From assembly GCA_030834695.1 (NCBI GenBank), contig JAUQXK010000013.1, positions 25,980 through 89,979 on the forward strand: DNA of 64,000 nt, in the 5' to 3' direction. The notes below the pieces were generated by a model. It was not told the origin of the DNA and did no database searches. It saw nothing but the letters and a program-made list of their open reading frames with translations. This document shows, piece after piece, positions 9,625 through 19,287 of this stretch (the stretch's first letter is position 1; each line of letters starts with the position of its first letter). A program made the translations under genes and the position numbers. This DNA is from Desulfobacterales bacterium (lineage in GTDB: Bacteria; Desulfobacterota; Desulfobacteria; Desulfobacterales; SpSt-501).

Positions 9625-10455
9625 ATGGAAATCCGACATGCCATTCACCCCGATCAGGCCGTGTATCTGGACACGGCGGAACTGCGGGAGCATTTCCTGA
9701 TTCAAGACCTCTTCGTTCCCGGGGAGGTCAAGATGATTTACACCTATTACGACCGGCTCATGGTCGGCGGCGTGTGTCCGATCCGGGAAACCCGACTTGA
9801 GGCGGACCCGGCCGTCATCGGCGCCGCCAGCCTGCTCGAGCGGCGGGAGATGGGCATCATCAACATCGGCGGCGACGGGGCCGTGGCCGTCGACGGCAAC
9901 CGGTTCGAGCTGGCGGCCAAAGACGGGCTCTTCATCGGCATGGGCGCCCGCGATGTGGCCTTCACCAGCGCCGATCCCAAACGTCCCGCCAAATTCTACT
10001 TCAACTGCGCTCCGGCCCACACCGGCTACCCGGCCGCCAAAATCACGCCGGCCGATGCCGAGCCCGTCCATTTGGGCTCCCCGGAGAAAAGCAACCGCCG
10101 CGCCATCCGCAAATATTTCCACCCGGACGGGATCAAGAGCTGCCAGCTGGTCATGGGGATGACGACGCTCGAGCCCGGGTCCGTCTGGAACACCATGCCG
10201 GTGCACACCCATCAGCGCCGAATGGAGGCGTATCTCTATTTTGACATTCCCGCCGACGAGATCGTGATGCATTTCATGGGGGAGCCGTCCGAGACGCGGC
10301 ACCTCGTGGTGCGCAGCGAGGAAGCGGTGCTCTCGCCGAGTTGGTCCATCCACTCGGGCGCCGGTACCTGCAGCTACACGTTCATCTGGGGGATGGTCGG
10401 TGAAAACCAGACCTTCACGGACATGGATGCCGTACCCATGACGGCCTTGAAGTAG
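9625..10455 (+). CDS. kduI: 5-dehydro-4-deoxy-D-glucuronate isomerase
   Basis: ELREHFLI, YDRLMVGG, LERREMGIINIGG, WNTMPVHTHQRRMEAY, SPSWSIHSG; AAGGA RBS before the ATG at 9625. Confidence 0.95.
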   Translation: MEIRHAIHPDQAVYLDTAELREHFLIQDLFVPGEVKMIYTYYDRLMVGGVCPIRETRLEADPAVIGAASLLERREMGIINIGGDGAVAVDGNRFELAAKDGLFIGMGARDVAFTSADPKRPAKFYFNCAPAHTGYPAAKITPADAEPVHLGSPEKSNRRAIRKYFHPDGIKSCQLVMGMTTLEPGSVWNTMPVHTHQRRMEAYLYFDIPADEIVMHFMGEPSETRHLVVRSEEAVLSPSWSIHSGAGTCSYTFIWGMVGENQTFTDMDAVPMTALK

Positions 10456-10494
10456 ATGTGAGCAGGCGCTCACCCCACACCAAAGGAGGGTAGG

Positions 10495-11472
10495 ATGAAA
10501 AAAGCGTTGGTTATTCTAATAATGTCGGTCATCGCCGTTTCATTCGCTCAGGCCCAACCCATCCAAATGAAGCTCGGACATTTTGCCGCCGAATCCCACC
10601 CAGGCAACGTCGCGAGCAAGATGTTCGCCGACGCGGTCGAGAAGCGGACGGAGGGAAAGATCAAGATCGCCATTTTCCCCAACAACGCCTTGGGTTCGCC
10701 GCCGGAAGTCCTCGAACAGAACATTCTGGGCGCCGTGGACATGAGCCTGCCCACCCAGGGACAGCTCGGCAAGTACTCCAAGAAGTTCAACTGCGTGATG
10801 CTGCCGTTCATGTATGAGAACTATACCCATGCGGACAAGGTCCTGGACGGCCCCTTCCTGGCCTGGGCCGCGGCCGATCTCGACAAGGCCGGACTGGTGT
10901 TTCTCTCCAACTGGGAGTGGGGGTTCCGCAACCTCACCAACAGCAAACGGCCGGTGAACACCCCCGACGACGTCAAGGGCCTCAAAGTGAGAACCCCGCC
11001 GGAGCTGCCGACCCAGGCAGCCATGGAGGCGCTGGGCGCCGTGGTGGCGACGATCAATTTCAACGAGCTTCAGATGGCGCTGAAGCAGGGTGTGGTCGAC
11101 GGCCAGGAGAACCCGGTCGCGGTGATTTATGCGAACCAGCTCTATGAATCCCAGAAGCATCTGGCCATGACCGGGCACAACTACAACACGATGGTCCATG
11201 TGATCAGCAAAAAGGTCTGGGACAAGCTCACCCCGGAGCAGCAGAAAATCATGAAGGAGGAGAGCGCCAAGGCCGGAAACTGGATGCGCAAAGCCGTGCG
11301 GGACGCCGAAGCCGACCAGATCGAGAAGCTGAAGCAGGCCGGCGTGCAGGTGACCCTTCCGGACAAGGCCAAATTCAAGGCCTTGATGAAACCCGCCTAT
11401 GAGCGGATGAATGCCATCGCCGGCGAGGAGAACATCGCGGCTTTCGTAAAGATGGTGGAAGCGGCCAAATAA
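10495..11472 (+). CDS. dctP: TRAP substrate-binding protein (system 2)
   Basis: Signal peptide, WGFRNLTN, GLKVRTP, ALKQGVVDGQENP. Confidence 0.92.
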   Translation: MKKALVILIMSVIAVSFAQAQPIQMKLGHFAAESHPGNVASKMFADAVEKRTEGKIKIAIFPNNALGSPPEVLEQNILGAVDMSLPTQGQLGKYSKKFNCVMLPFMYENYTHADKVLDGPFLAWAAADLDKAGLVFLSNWEWGFRNLTNSKRPVNTPDDVKGLKVRTPPELPTQAAMEALGAVVATINFNELQMALKQGVVDGQENPVAVIYANQLYESQKHLAMTGHNYNTMVHVISKKVWDKLTPEQQKIMKEESAKAGNWMRKAVRDAEADQIEKLKQAGVQVTLPDKAKFKALMKPAYERMNAIAGEENIAAFVKMVEAAK

Positions 11473-11529
11473 GCTGCGGGCCGGACCTCGAGAATTCGAT
11501 CGGAACAACCGGGATGCAGGTGGGAACCG

Positions 11530-12807
11530 ATGCTGACGCTGCTGATCTTTGCCGTCTTGTTGGTGCTGATCATCATTGATCTGCCGATTGCCGTGGCGAT
11601 CGGCCTCACGGCCATCGCGTTTTTCGTGGGACTGGGCAACGAATCGCTTCTGACCATGCTGCCCCAGAGGATGTATGCCTCCACCACCGGCTTCACCCTG
11701 CTGGCGGTGCCTTTTTTCATCCTGGCCGGCAACCTCATGAACACCGGCGGCATTACCAACCGCATCTTCCGATTCGCCAAGGCGGTCATCGGTCATCTCC
11801 CGGGAGGATTGGGGCAGGTCAGCATCATCGCAAACGTCATTTTCTCCGGGATGTCCGGCTCCGCTATCGCCGATGCGGCCGGGCTGGGGCAGGTCCTCCA
11901 CAAGGCCATGGTGGACAACGGGTTCAAACCGAAGTTCTCGGCAGCCATTGTTGCGGCTGCCGCCACCATCGGGCCGGTGATTCCGCCCAGCATCCCGTTC
12001 GTCGTCTACGGGGCGTTGACCGGGGTATCGGTCAGCAAGCTGTTCTTAGCGGGCTTTATCCCCGGGATCATGATGGCGCTGGCCATGATGGCGGCGGTCG
12101 GGCTTCAGGCCAACCGCTATGGGCTGCCGAAGGAAACGCGCGCCGATTTCACGGAGGTGGCTGCTTCGGTCCGTGAAGCGTTTTTGCCCCTGTTGACGCC
12201 CGTCATCGTCATCGGCGGGATCCTGACCGGGGTGTTCACCCCCACGGAAGCCGCCGTGGTGGCCACTCTCTATGCCCTGTTCCTGGGGTTTCTTTACGGG
12301 GACATCCGCTTCACGGATTTGCCCCGGATTTTTTGGACGTCCATCCGCCAAACCGTCAGCCTTCTATTTATCATCGCCACGGCCGGTTTTTTCGGCTGGT
12401 TCACGATCCACCAGCGCGTCCCCGATCAGATCATTTACAACTTCACCACGATGAGCGCCACGCCGGCCGGCATCGTCACCATGGTCATTGCCGTGGTGCT
12501 GGTTCTCGGGCTGTTTCTGGAGGGCAACGCCATCTTTATCATCACCATCCCCATTTTCGCGCCGGTGGCGCATAAATTCGGGATCGACCTGGTCAATTTC
12601 GGGGTGGTGATGACGCTCTTGATCATGGTCGGGAACCTGACACCGCCGGTGGGAATGTGCCTTTTCGCGGTTTCAAGCTTCAGCAAGGTCAGCCTCGGTG
12701 AATTGTCGAAGGAGATTTGGCCTTACCTGGTGGGGATATTCATCGTCACGCTGGTCATTGCCTACATACCGGCCATCGGGACCTTTCTGCCGAATCTGTT
12801 AAATTAG
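11530..12807 (+). CDS. dctM: TRAP large permease (system 2)
   Basis: LAVPFFILAG, SGMSGSAIADAAGLG, IPPSIP, TPTEAA, TPPVG. Confidence 0.93.
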   Translation: MLTLLIFAVLLVLIIIDLPIAVAIGLTAIAFFVGLGNESLLTMLPQRMYASTTGFTLLAVPFFILAGNLMNTGGITNRIFRFAKAVIGHLPGGLGQVSIIANVIFSGMSGSAIADAAGLGQVLHKAMVDNGFKPKFSAAIVAAAATIGPVIPPSIPFVVYGALTGVSVSKLFLAGFIPGIMMALAMMAAVGLQANRYGLPKETRADFTEVAASVREAFLPLLTPVIVIGGILTGVFTPTEAAVVATLYALFLGFLYGDIRFTDLPRIFWTSIRQTVSLLFIIATAGFFGWFTIHQRVPDQIIYNFTTMSATPAGIVTMVIAVVLVLGLFLEGNAIFIITIPIFAPVAHKFGIDLVNFGVVMTLLIMVGNLTPPVGMCLFAVSSFSKVSLGELSKEIWPYLVGIFIVTLVIAYIPAIGTFLPNLLN

Positions 12808-12827
12808 CCGGACGGCAGGAGAACGAT

Positions 12828-13325
12828 ATGGTTTTTCTCAAATGGATGGACAAGGTCATCCTGCAGGCGCTCAAGGCAATGACGATGGCCTGTTTCGTCG
12901 CACTGACGATCCTGGTGTCCGCCAATGTCTTCGTGCGGTTTTTCCCGGTGGCCTCCCTGCACTGGTTCGATGAAATCATCGAGCTATTGTACGCCTACCT
13001 GGTTTTCTACGGGGCGGCGGCCCTGTGGATCACCCGTGAGCATTTCAGCGTGGGCGATTGGATCGGCGGCAGGGTCATCAAGGGCGACCGGGCGAGGCAT
13101 TTCTACCGGCTGGTTCTCGAAGTGCTGGTGCTGGTCTTCTCTCTGGTTTTCTTTTCCTACTCGTTCAAGTTGACCGCCATGGCTCAGGACGTGACCAACG
13201 TCTTTGCCATTCCCAAGAGCGTTCTTTACTCTTGCATGCCCATCGCCGGCGCGGTCATGGTTGTTTATTCCATTCGCAACGTCATCCGGGAAATGATTCC
13301 TCTGATCCGGCGGACGGCCGGTTAG
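12828..13325 (+). CDS. dctQ: TRAP small permease (system 2; P-M-Q order)
   Basis: 4 TM, WFDEIIELL...EHFSV; AGGAG RBS before the ATG at 12828. Confidence 0.85.
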   Translation: MVFLKWMDKVILQALKAMTMACFVALTILVSANVFVRFFPVASLHWFDEIIELLYAYLVFYGAAALWITREHFSVGDWIGGRVIKGDRARHFYRLVLEVLVLVFSLVFFSYSFKLTAMAQDVTNVFAIPKSVLYSCMPIAGAVMVVYSIRNVIREMIPLIRRTAG

Positions 13326-13372
13326 AGAGAAAACTGGAAAACATAAGCTCTGATGCCGAAGGGGTCGCGCAC

Positions 13373-14134
13373 ATGACACTCGAACATTTCAGCTTGGAGG
13401 GGAAAGTGGCCGTCGTCACCGGCGGCACGATCGGTCTGGGAGAAGCCATGGCCATCGGGCTGGCAGAGGCCGGTGCGGACATCGCGGCGGTTTATCACCT
13501 GGATCTGCCGCAGCATGTGGAGCGGTTCGAGCGCCTGGGGAGAAAATGGGTGGGCGTCCAGGCCGATCTCTCCAGCATCCAACCGGTCAACGACATCGTC
13601 CAGAAGGTGGTGGATGCCTACGGCCATATCGACATCCTGGTCAACAACGCCGGGATCATCCGCCGCAACAAGTCCATCGACTTCAGCGAGAAGGACTGGG
13701 ACGCGGTCATGGACATCAATTTGAAGACCCTGTTCTTCCTGTCACAGGCCGTCGCCCGGCAGTTCCTCAAGCAGGGCACCGGCGGCAAGATCATCAACAT
13801 CGCCTCGATGCTGTCGTTTCAGGGCGGCATTCTGGTGCCTTCGTACACCGCGAGCAAAAGCGGCGTCATGGGGTTGACGAAGCTGCTCGCCTGCGAGTGG
13901 GCCCCGCACGGGATCAACGTCAATGCGATTGCACCGGGCTACATGGCGACCCGCAACACGCAAGCCATTCAGGACGACCCGGTCCGCAGCCGGCAGATCC
14001 TGGAGCGCATCCCCACCGGCCGTTGGGGGAAGCCGGACGACTTGAAGGGGGCCGTCGTTTTCCTGGCCTCCGAAGCGTCGAATTACGTGCAGGGGCACAC
14101 CCTGGCCGTGGACGGGGGCTGGCTGGCCCGCTGA
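13373..14134 (+). CDS. kduD: 2-dehydro-3-deoxy-D-gluconate 5-dehydrogenase
   Basis: FSLEGKVAVVTG, DFSEKDWDAVMDINLK, IASMLSFQGGILVPSYTASKSG, AVDGGWLAR. Confidence 0.95.
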   Translation: MTLEHFSLEGKVAVVTGGTIGLGEAMAIGLAEAGADIAAVYHLDLPQHVERFERLGRKWVGVQADLSSIQPVNDIVQKVVDAYGHIDILVNNAGIIRRNKSIDFSEKDWDAVMDINLKTLFFLSQAVARQFLKQGTGGKIINIASMLSFQGGILVPSYTASKSGVMGLTKLLACEWAPHGINVNAIAPGYMATRNTQAIQDDPVRSRQILERIPTGRWGKPDDLKGAVVFLASEASNYVQGHTLAVDGGWLAR

Positions 14135-14216
14135 TTTCCCGGGTGCGGTCGGCCGAATTCTCAACCGAACGAACGTGCGATTCAACATGGTTGCCACCCA
14201 GAAAGGAAGGAGCTTT

Positions 14217-15212
14217 ATGAAAAACTCCAGGTACGTCGTTGCGTGGTCGGTCATCTGTGCGATGGCCGTCGTGTTCTGCACCGGCTCTCCCGCTCAGGCC
14301 CAGACGGTCCTCAAGCTCTCCGAGATCCATCCCAAGGGATACCCCACCGAGCTGGCGGACGAGGAGTTCGCCCGCCTCGTCGAACTCTACACCAAGGGGG
14401 GAATCAAGGTTGACGTCTTTCCCGGCGGGCAGATATCCGGCGACGAGAAAGTCGTCATCGAGCAGGTGAAGATCGGCGCCATCGCCATCGCCCGCGTCAG
14501 CTCCGGGGCGCTCGGTTCCTTCAACGCCCAGCTCAATGTCTTCGCTCTGCCCTTTCTTTTCGATTCAAAAGACCACATGTGGGCCTTCCTGAACGGCGAC
14601 GCCGGACAGAAAATGCTGGCCGATCTCGCCCCTTCGGGCTTCATCGGCCTTTGCTGGTATGATGGCGGCGCCCGCTCGTTCTACGCCAACTATCCGCTCA
14701 CCAAATTCGAGGATCTCAAGGGCAAGAAATACCGGGTCATGCCCAATCCGCTCCTGCCCAAGGTGGTCGAGGCGATGGGCGCTTCAGCCGTTCCCATGGC
14801 CGCTGGCCAGGTTTTCAGCGCGATTCAGACCGGCGTCATCGACGGCGCCGAGAACAATGCGCCTTCCCTGATTTCGTTCAACCACTATCAGGTGGCCAAG
14901 TGGTACCTTCTTGACGAGCATCTGCGTCTGCCCGAAGTCCTCTTCATGAGCAAGATCGTCTGGGACAAGCTCGGTAAAGAGCAGCAGGCAGCCATCCGCA
15001 AGGCCGCTGTCGAGACGGTCGCCTTTCAGCGCCAGAAATGGGATGCCTATGAGATCGAGGCGCTTCAACAAGTCAAGGGCGGCGGCGTTACCGTAACACC
15101 CGTGACCGACTTCACCCCTTACAAGAACGCGGTCAAACAACTGGTCGCCGATGAATCGCCGAAGTATGCCGAAACGATCAAGTCCATTGATGCCGTCCGA
15201 CCGAAAAAGTGA
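14217..15212 (+). CDS. dctP: TRAP substrate-binding protein (system 3; uronate-binding type)
   Basis: EIHPKGYPT, WYDGGARSFY, GKKYRVM, QTGVIDGAENN, DEHLRLPE. Confidence 0.92.
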   Translation: MKNSRYVVAWSVICAMAVVFCTGSPAQAQTVLKLSEIHPKGYPTELADEEFARLVELYTKGGIKVDVFPGGQISGDEKVVIEQVKIGAIAIARVSSGALGSFNAQLNVFALPFLFDSKDHMWAFLNGDAGQKMLADLAPSGFIGLCWYDGGARSFYANYPLTKFEDLKGKKYRVMPNPLLPKVVEAMGASAVPMAAGQVFSAIQTGVIDGAENNAPSLISFNHYQVAKWYLLDEHLRLPEVLFMSKIVWDKLGKEQQAAIRKAAVETVAFQRQKWDAYEIEALQQVKGGGVTVTPVTDFTPYKNAVKQLVADESPKYAETIKSIDAVRPKK

Positions 15213-15306
15213 GGAATTCCACCGAAGGAGGAGCGGGGCCCCGCACTGGGCCTCCGCTCCTTTGGTGCCAGCCTTCAACGGACCTCTATCCTAAAGGAGA
15301 GCCCCC

Positions 15307-15825
15307 GTGTTCAATAAAAGAGGCGGCATAAAGAAGCTTTTTCTGAGGATCGACCAGATCATCGAGGGTTTCGCGATCACCCTATTGGTCGCCATGATCC
15401 TGATCGTCTTTGTGGCGGTCGTTACCCGCAAGATTTTCGGGTTCGTCTTTGTCTGGTCCGAGGAGGTTACGCTCCTGTGCTTGACCTGGTTTACCTTCAT
15501 GGGCATCGCCATCGGATTCCGCGAGCGGCTCCATTTGGGAATGGACCTTTTCGATAAACTGCCCAAGAATATCCTCGAGAAAAGCGATCGCCTCATCGAC
15601 GGAGTCACTTTCCTCTTCGGCGTCTACCTGATCGTGTACGGCTGGGATTTCACCATAATGATGCAGGGATCCATCCTCGCCGCAACGCAGCTTCCGAACA
15701 TGATCCAGTACATCGTCATGCCCATCACGGGTGTCCTGACATGCGCCTACTCCCTTCTCCAGCTACTCGGCAGGGACCTACGCCGCTACCACACCATCGA
15801 AGAGGAGATCAAGCGGGATGCCTGA
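15307..15825 (+). CDS. dctQ: TRAP small permease (system 3)
   Basis: WSEEVTLL...GFRERLHLGMD; 4 TM. Confidence 0.88.
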   Translation: MFNKRGGIKKLFLRIDQIIEGFAITLLVAMILIVFVAVVTRKIFGFVFVWSEEVTLLCLTWFTFMGIAIGFRERLHLGMDLFDKLPKNILEKSDRLIDGVTFLFGVYLIVYGWDFTIMMQGSILAATQLPNMIQYIVMPITGVLTCAYSLLQLLGRDLRRYHTIEEEIKRDA

Positions 15826-17122
15826 CAACACCGTCGCCATCTGGATTCTCTGCGCCAGCTTCATCGTTCTCCTCATCCTGCGCTTCCCGGTGGCTCTCGT
15901 CCTGGCGCTGTCATCCCTGGTGACGCTCGGGTATCTCCAGATGCCGATCGTGGTCGTGGCGCAGCAGACCCTGCAGGGCATCAACGCGTTTTCGTTGCTG
16001 GCCATCCCCTTTTTCATCATGACCGGGCAGCTCCTCGGGGCGGGAGGGCTTGCCAACCGGATCGTCGACTTCGCCAACGTCTTTGTCGGGCGGCTTCCCG
16101 GAGGCCTTTCGATCGTCAACTCGGTGGCCTGCATGTTCTTCGGAAACTTGTCCGGATCCGCCGTCGCGGACACCTCCGCGATCGGATCGGTCATGATCCC
16201 GGTCATGAAGAACAAGGGCTATTCGGCCGAGTACGCGGTCGGCGTTACGATCTCCTCGGCCATCCAGGGCGTGGTGGTCCCCCCGAGCCACAACCTCATC
16301 CTCTACTCGATCGTGGCCACGGGAGTCGTGGGCGGCCTCTCCGTCGGGAAGCTTTTCATGGCCGGGATCGTGCCCGGGCTCCTGCTGCTCCTCACGCTGT
16401 GCATCGTGGGTGTCATCATCAGCATCCGGCGCAACTACCCGAAGGGCGATCCGATCGACCGTCGGAGGATTCCTGCGATCATCTTCCACGGCTTCCTCTC
16501 GCTGACCCCGGCATTCTTCATCCTGGGCTCCATCATCGGCGGCCTCGCCACCGCCACCGAGGCCGGCGCCCTGGCGGTGGTCTACTCTTTCTGTCTCGGG
16601 TTCTTCGGCTACCGCGAGCTCAAGCCCAAGCACCTCTGGCCGGTCCTGGTGCGGACCTTCCGTACCGTCCTGATGGTCTTCTTTCTCATCGGCACCTCGG
16701 CCGCCTTCGGATACACCATGACGATTCTGCGCCTCCCGGACATCATCACGCAGGGCTTTCTGGAGATATCCCGCACCCCCTGGGTCATCCTGCTGATGAT
16801 CAACATTCTCCTGCTCATCCTGGGCGGGCCGATGGACATGGCGCCGATGATCGTCATCCTGACCCCCATTCTGCTGCCCGTCTGCGTGAAGCTCGGCATG
16901 TCCCCGATCCAGTTCGGGCTCGTCCTGATCTTCAATGCAGGCATGGGCCTGCTGACGCCGCCGGTCGGCACGGTCCTCTTCGTGGGCTGCGCCATCGGCA
17001 AGGTGAGCGTGAACGCCGGAACGAAGGCCATGATGCCCTTCTTCCTGGCCATGATGATCGTATTGTTTTTGATCACTTACTACCCACCCTTCACCATGTG
17101 GCTGCCGAGCTTCGTGAAGTAA
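15818..17122 (+). CDS. dctM: TRAP large permease (system 3)
   Basis: LAIPFFI, GNLSGSAVADTSAIGS, VPPSHN, TATEAGA, TPPVG. Confidence 0.93.
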   Translation: MPDNTVAIWILCASFIVLLILRFPVALVLALSSLVTLGYLQMPIVVVAQQTLQGINAFSLLAIPFFIMTGQLLGAGGLANRIVDFANVFVGRLPGGLSIVNSVACMFFGNLSGSAVADTSAIGSVMIPVMKNKGYSAEYAVGVTISSAIQGVVVPPSHNLILYSIVATGVVGGLSVGKLFMAGIVPGLLLLLTLCIVGVIISIRRNYPKGDPIDRRRIPAIIFHGFLSLTPAFFILGSIIGGLATATEAGALAVVYSFCLGFFGYRELKPKHLWPVLVRTFRTVLMVFFLIGTSAAFGYTMTILRLPDIITQGFLEISRTPWVILLMINILLLILGGPMDMAPMIVILTPILLPVCVKLGMSPIQFGLVLIFNAGMGLLTPPVGTVLFVGCAIGKVSVNAGTKAMMPFFLAMMIVLFLITYYPPFTMWLPSFVK

Positions 17123-17142
17123 GGGCTGGAGGAGGATAGACC

Positions 17143-17481
17143 ATGGGAATCGTGAAGTTCTCCGAAGCAACCGTTACCCCCATCAGCGCGGGCCGCTCGC
17201 GCTACCTCGCCCACACGGATCACCTCATGGCGGTCGTGGTCGATTTTAACGACGGGCCGGCATCTGCCCCCGACCCGCCGCACTCGCATCCGCACGAGCA
17301 GGTTTCCTACGTGGCCGCGGGTGAGCTCATCCTGGTCATGGGCGCAGAAAAAACACGCCTGTCCGCGGGCGACCTGTTCACCGTCCCCGCCGATGTGCCG
17401 CATGCCGTGCAGACGCTTACTCCGCACGTTCGCCTGGTCGACGCGTTCAATCCGATCCGCGAGGAATTTTTGGATCGATAA
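17143..17481 (+). CDS. kdgF: Cupin, KdgF-like (unsaturated uronate linearisation)
   Basis: 112 aa, PHSHPHEQVSYV and PADVPHAV metal motifs, C-terminal DAFNPIREEFL; kduI/kduD context. Confidence 0.75.
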   Translation: MGIVKFSEATVTPISAGRSRYLAHTDHLMAVVVDFNDGPASAPDPPHSHPHEQVSYVAAGELILVMGAEKTRLSAGDLFTVPADVPHAVQTLTPHVRLVDAFNPIREEFLDR

Positions 17482-17485
17482 AGTT

Positions 17486-17615
17486 GATGGCTCGCAAACA
17501 GTCTGAAATTGCTTTTCTGCCATTCCGGTGAAAGCCGGAATCAAACATCTACAAGCAGTTACAAATTTTCTAGACGCCGGCTTCCGCCGGAGTGACGGCT
17601 TTTTGCGAAGCCATC
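17486..17615. mobile_element. MITE-like element with terminal inverted repeats and apparent 6-bp target duplication
   Basis: GATGGCTCGCAAA...TTTGCGAAGCCATC flanked on both sides by AAAGTT (17480-17485 and 17616-17621); internal CATTCCGG...CCGGAATC REP-like hairpin. Confidence 0.65.
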
Positions 17616-17673
17616 AAAGTTGACAGCTTAGGGCTTATGGCATAAAAATTTCCAACGAAGCTTATCTGTTGGT

Positions 17674-19257
17674 ATGACGCCGGAGCGCCCCATTTCGGAG
17701 ACCGGGATGAAAGATTTTCTGCAGACGTGTTTCGACGCCGTGGAACCGGCAGCGGCCCTGTTCGAAGATAAACGAAGAAGACTGGCCGATGAACTGGGCA
17801 GCGCCTGTCGGGCGAAGGTCCATCCCTGTTCCATCACCCCCGTCAGGCGCTCGTTGATCTTTCTGTGCACACATGAACGCGGAAAGCGGCTGGGTGTCGT
17901 TTCGCCGGTACCCGGGCTGATCGACGAGCTGAAGGGTTCCGAAGACCACGTTCTGCTGGAGGGATTTCGGGCCCGGATGCGGATCGTCCAGACGACGGCG
18001 CGCAATGCCGCCTGGCTGCGGACGATCCTTCCGCATTTGAATGCCCGCCCGCTCGGGCTGAAGAAATCGGCGGGGTTCGGCGACCGGCTGGGCATGGCCA
18101 CGCCGGGCCATGTCCGCTCGGTTCGCAAGACGCAGTTGGCGCCCATTTTCGCCCAGCAGTCGGTGCGCGAGAACGAACGCACGGGCCGTTCGCCCCGGGA
18201 CGTGCTGGACGATGCCATGTGGGGCGCTTTCCAGGAAGGATGGATCGACGGCTTCGGGGCGGATGCGGATCACCTCAAGACGGCCGAACACGTCGCGGCT
18301 TTCGCAGATGCCGGGTACTCGTTTTTTACCATCGACCCCGGGGAGTATGTCGACAACGAAGCGTCGCGGGCGCCGGTGCGCCTCCTCGGACAAAAGCTCC
18401 AGGCGTTGCCCTGGGATGAGCTGGAAACCACTTCTTCGGACCTGCAGCAGGCGCTGGCGAGGAAGCCCATCGACCTGGGGACATTCAAAGCCGCTTTCAA
18501 TCCGGAAGACATCGGACGGGCCGCAGCCAAATACGGCAGGGCCGTGGCCCACACGGTGCGCATGTACCGCCACCTGGAGCAGGTCGCTGCCGGAAGACCG
18601 TTTGAGTTCGAGATGAGCGTCGATGAAACCGACAGCCCGACCACGCTCGCCGAGCACGTCTACATCGCCAGCGAGCTGAGGCGGCTGAAGGTCAAATGGG
18701 TGAGCCTGGCCCCCCGGTATGTCGGTTCGTTCGAAAAAGGCGTCGATTACATCGGCGACCTGGCTGAATTTGAAAAAAGCTTCGCCGGGCATGCGGCGGT
18801 CGCCAAGACCTACGGCCCCTACAAACTGAGCCTGCATTCGGGGTCCGACAAGTTCAGCATTTATCCCATTGCCGTCCGGCAGGCCGGGAATCTGGTTCAC
18901 CTCAAAACAGCCGGGACCAGCTACCTCGAAGCCCTGCGGGCAATCGGGCAATGCAACCCGCGGCTGTTCCGGGCGATTCACCGGTTCGCCGTGGAACGCT
19001 ACCCGGCGGATCGGGCCTCCTACCATGTTTCGGCGGAAACCGCGCGCATGCCGGATGCCGCGGCGCTGGCCGATGAACAGCTGCCGGTCCTGCTGGACGA
19101 GTTTCACACGCGGGAGGTGCTGCACGTCACCTATGGGTCGGTGTTGAACGAGACCCGCTTCCGGGCCCGTTTTTTCGAATCCTTGCGGCGGCACGCGGAG
19201 GAATACACCCGAATCGTCGAGGCCCATTTCGACCGGCATCTGTCGCTGTTGAGCTGA
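17674..19257 (+). CDS. uxaE: Tagaturonate/fructuronate epimerase
   Basis: GFGDRLGMATPGH, PIFAQQSVRENERTGR, GADADHLK, TIDP, EMSVDET, FEKGVDY, KLSLHSGSDKF, HLKTAGTSYLEAL, LHVTYGSVL (alternative start 17707). Confidence 0.93.
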   Translation: MTPERPISETGMKDFLQTCFDAVEPAAALFEDKRRRLADELGSACRAKVHPCSITPVRRSLIFLCTHERGKRLGVVSPVPGLIDELKGSEDHVLLEGFRARMRIVQTTARNAAWLRTILPHLNARPLGLKKSAGFGDRLGMATPGHVRSVRKTQLAPIFAQQSVRENERTGRSPRDVLDDAMWGAFQEGWIDGFGADADHLKTAEHVAAFADAGYSFFTIDPGEYVDNEASRAPVRLLGQKLQALPWDELETTSSDLQQALARKPIDLGTFKAAFNPEDIGRAAAKYGRAVAHTVRMYRHLEQVAAGRPFEFEMSVDETDSPTTLAEHVYIASELRRLKVKWVSLAPRYVGSFEKGVDYIGDLAEFEKSFAGHAAVAKTYGPYKLSLHSGSDKFSIYPIAVRQAGNLVHLKTAGTSYLEALRAIGQCNPRLFRAIHRFAVERYPADRASYHVSAETARMPDAAALADEQLPVLLDEFHTREVLHVTYGSVLNETRFRARFFESLRRHAEEYTRIVEAHFDRHLSLLS

Positions 19258-19287
19258 CCAGGGCTCGGCCCCGGAGAGGACCATTCA

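Noticed and set aside
8749-10455. 568-aa ORF suggesting an N-terminally extended KduI
   Set aside because: The extension is an alternate frame over iclR; KduI has its own RBS and ATG at 9625
15226-15262. Strong hairpins after dctP genes (also ~4907-4946)
   Set aside because: Ordinary mRNA-stabilising or partial terminator hairpins between binding-protein and permease genes
17637-17652. Sigma54 promoter for uxaE (TGGCATAAAAATTTC)
   Set aside because: The -12 element lacks the essential GC; too weak to call
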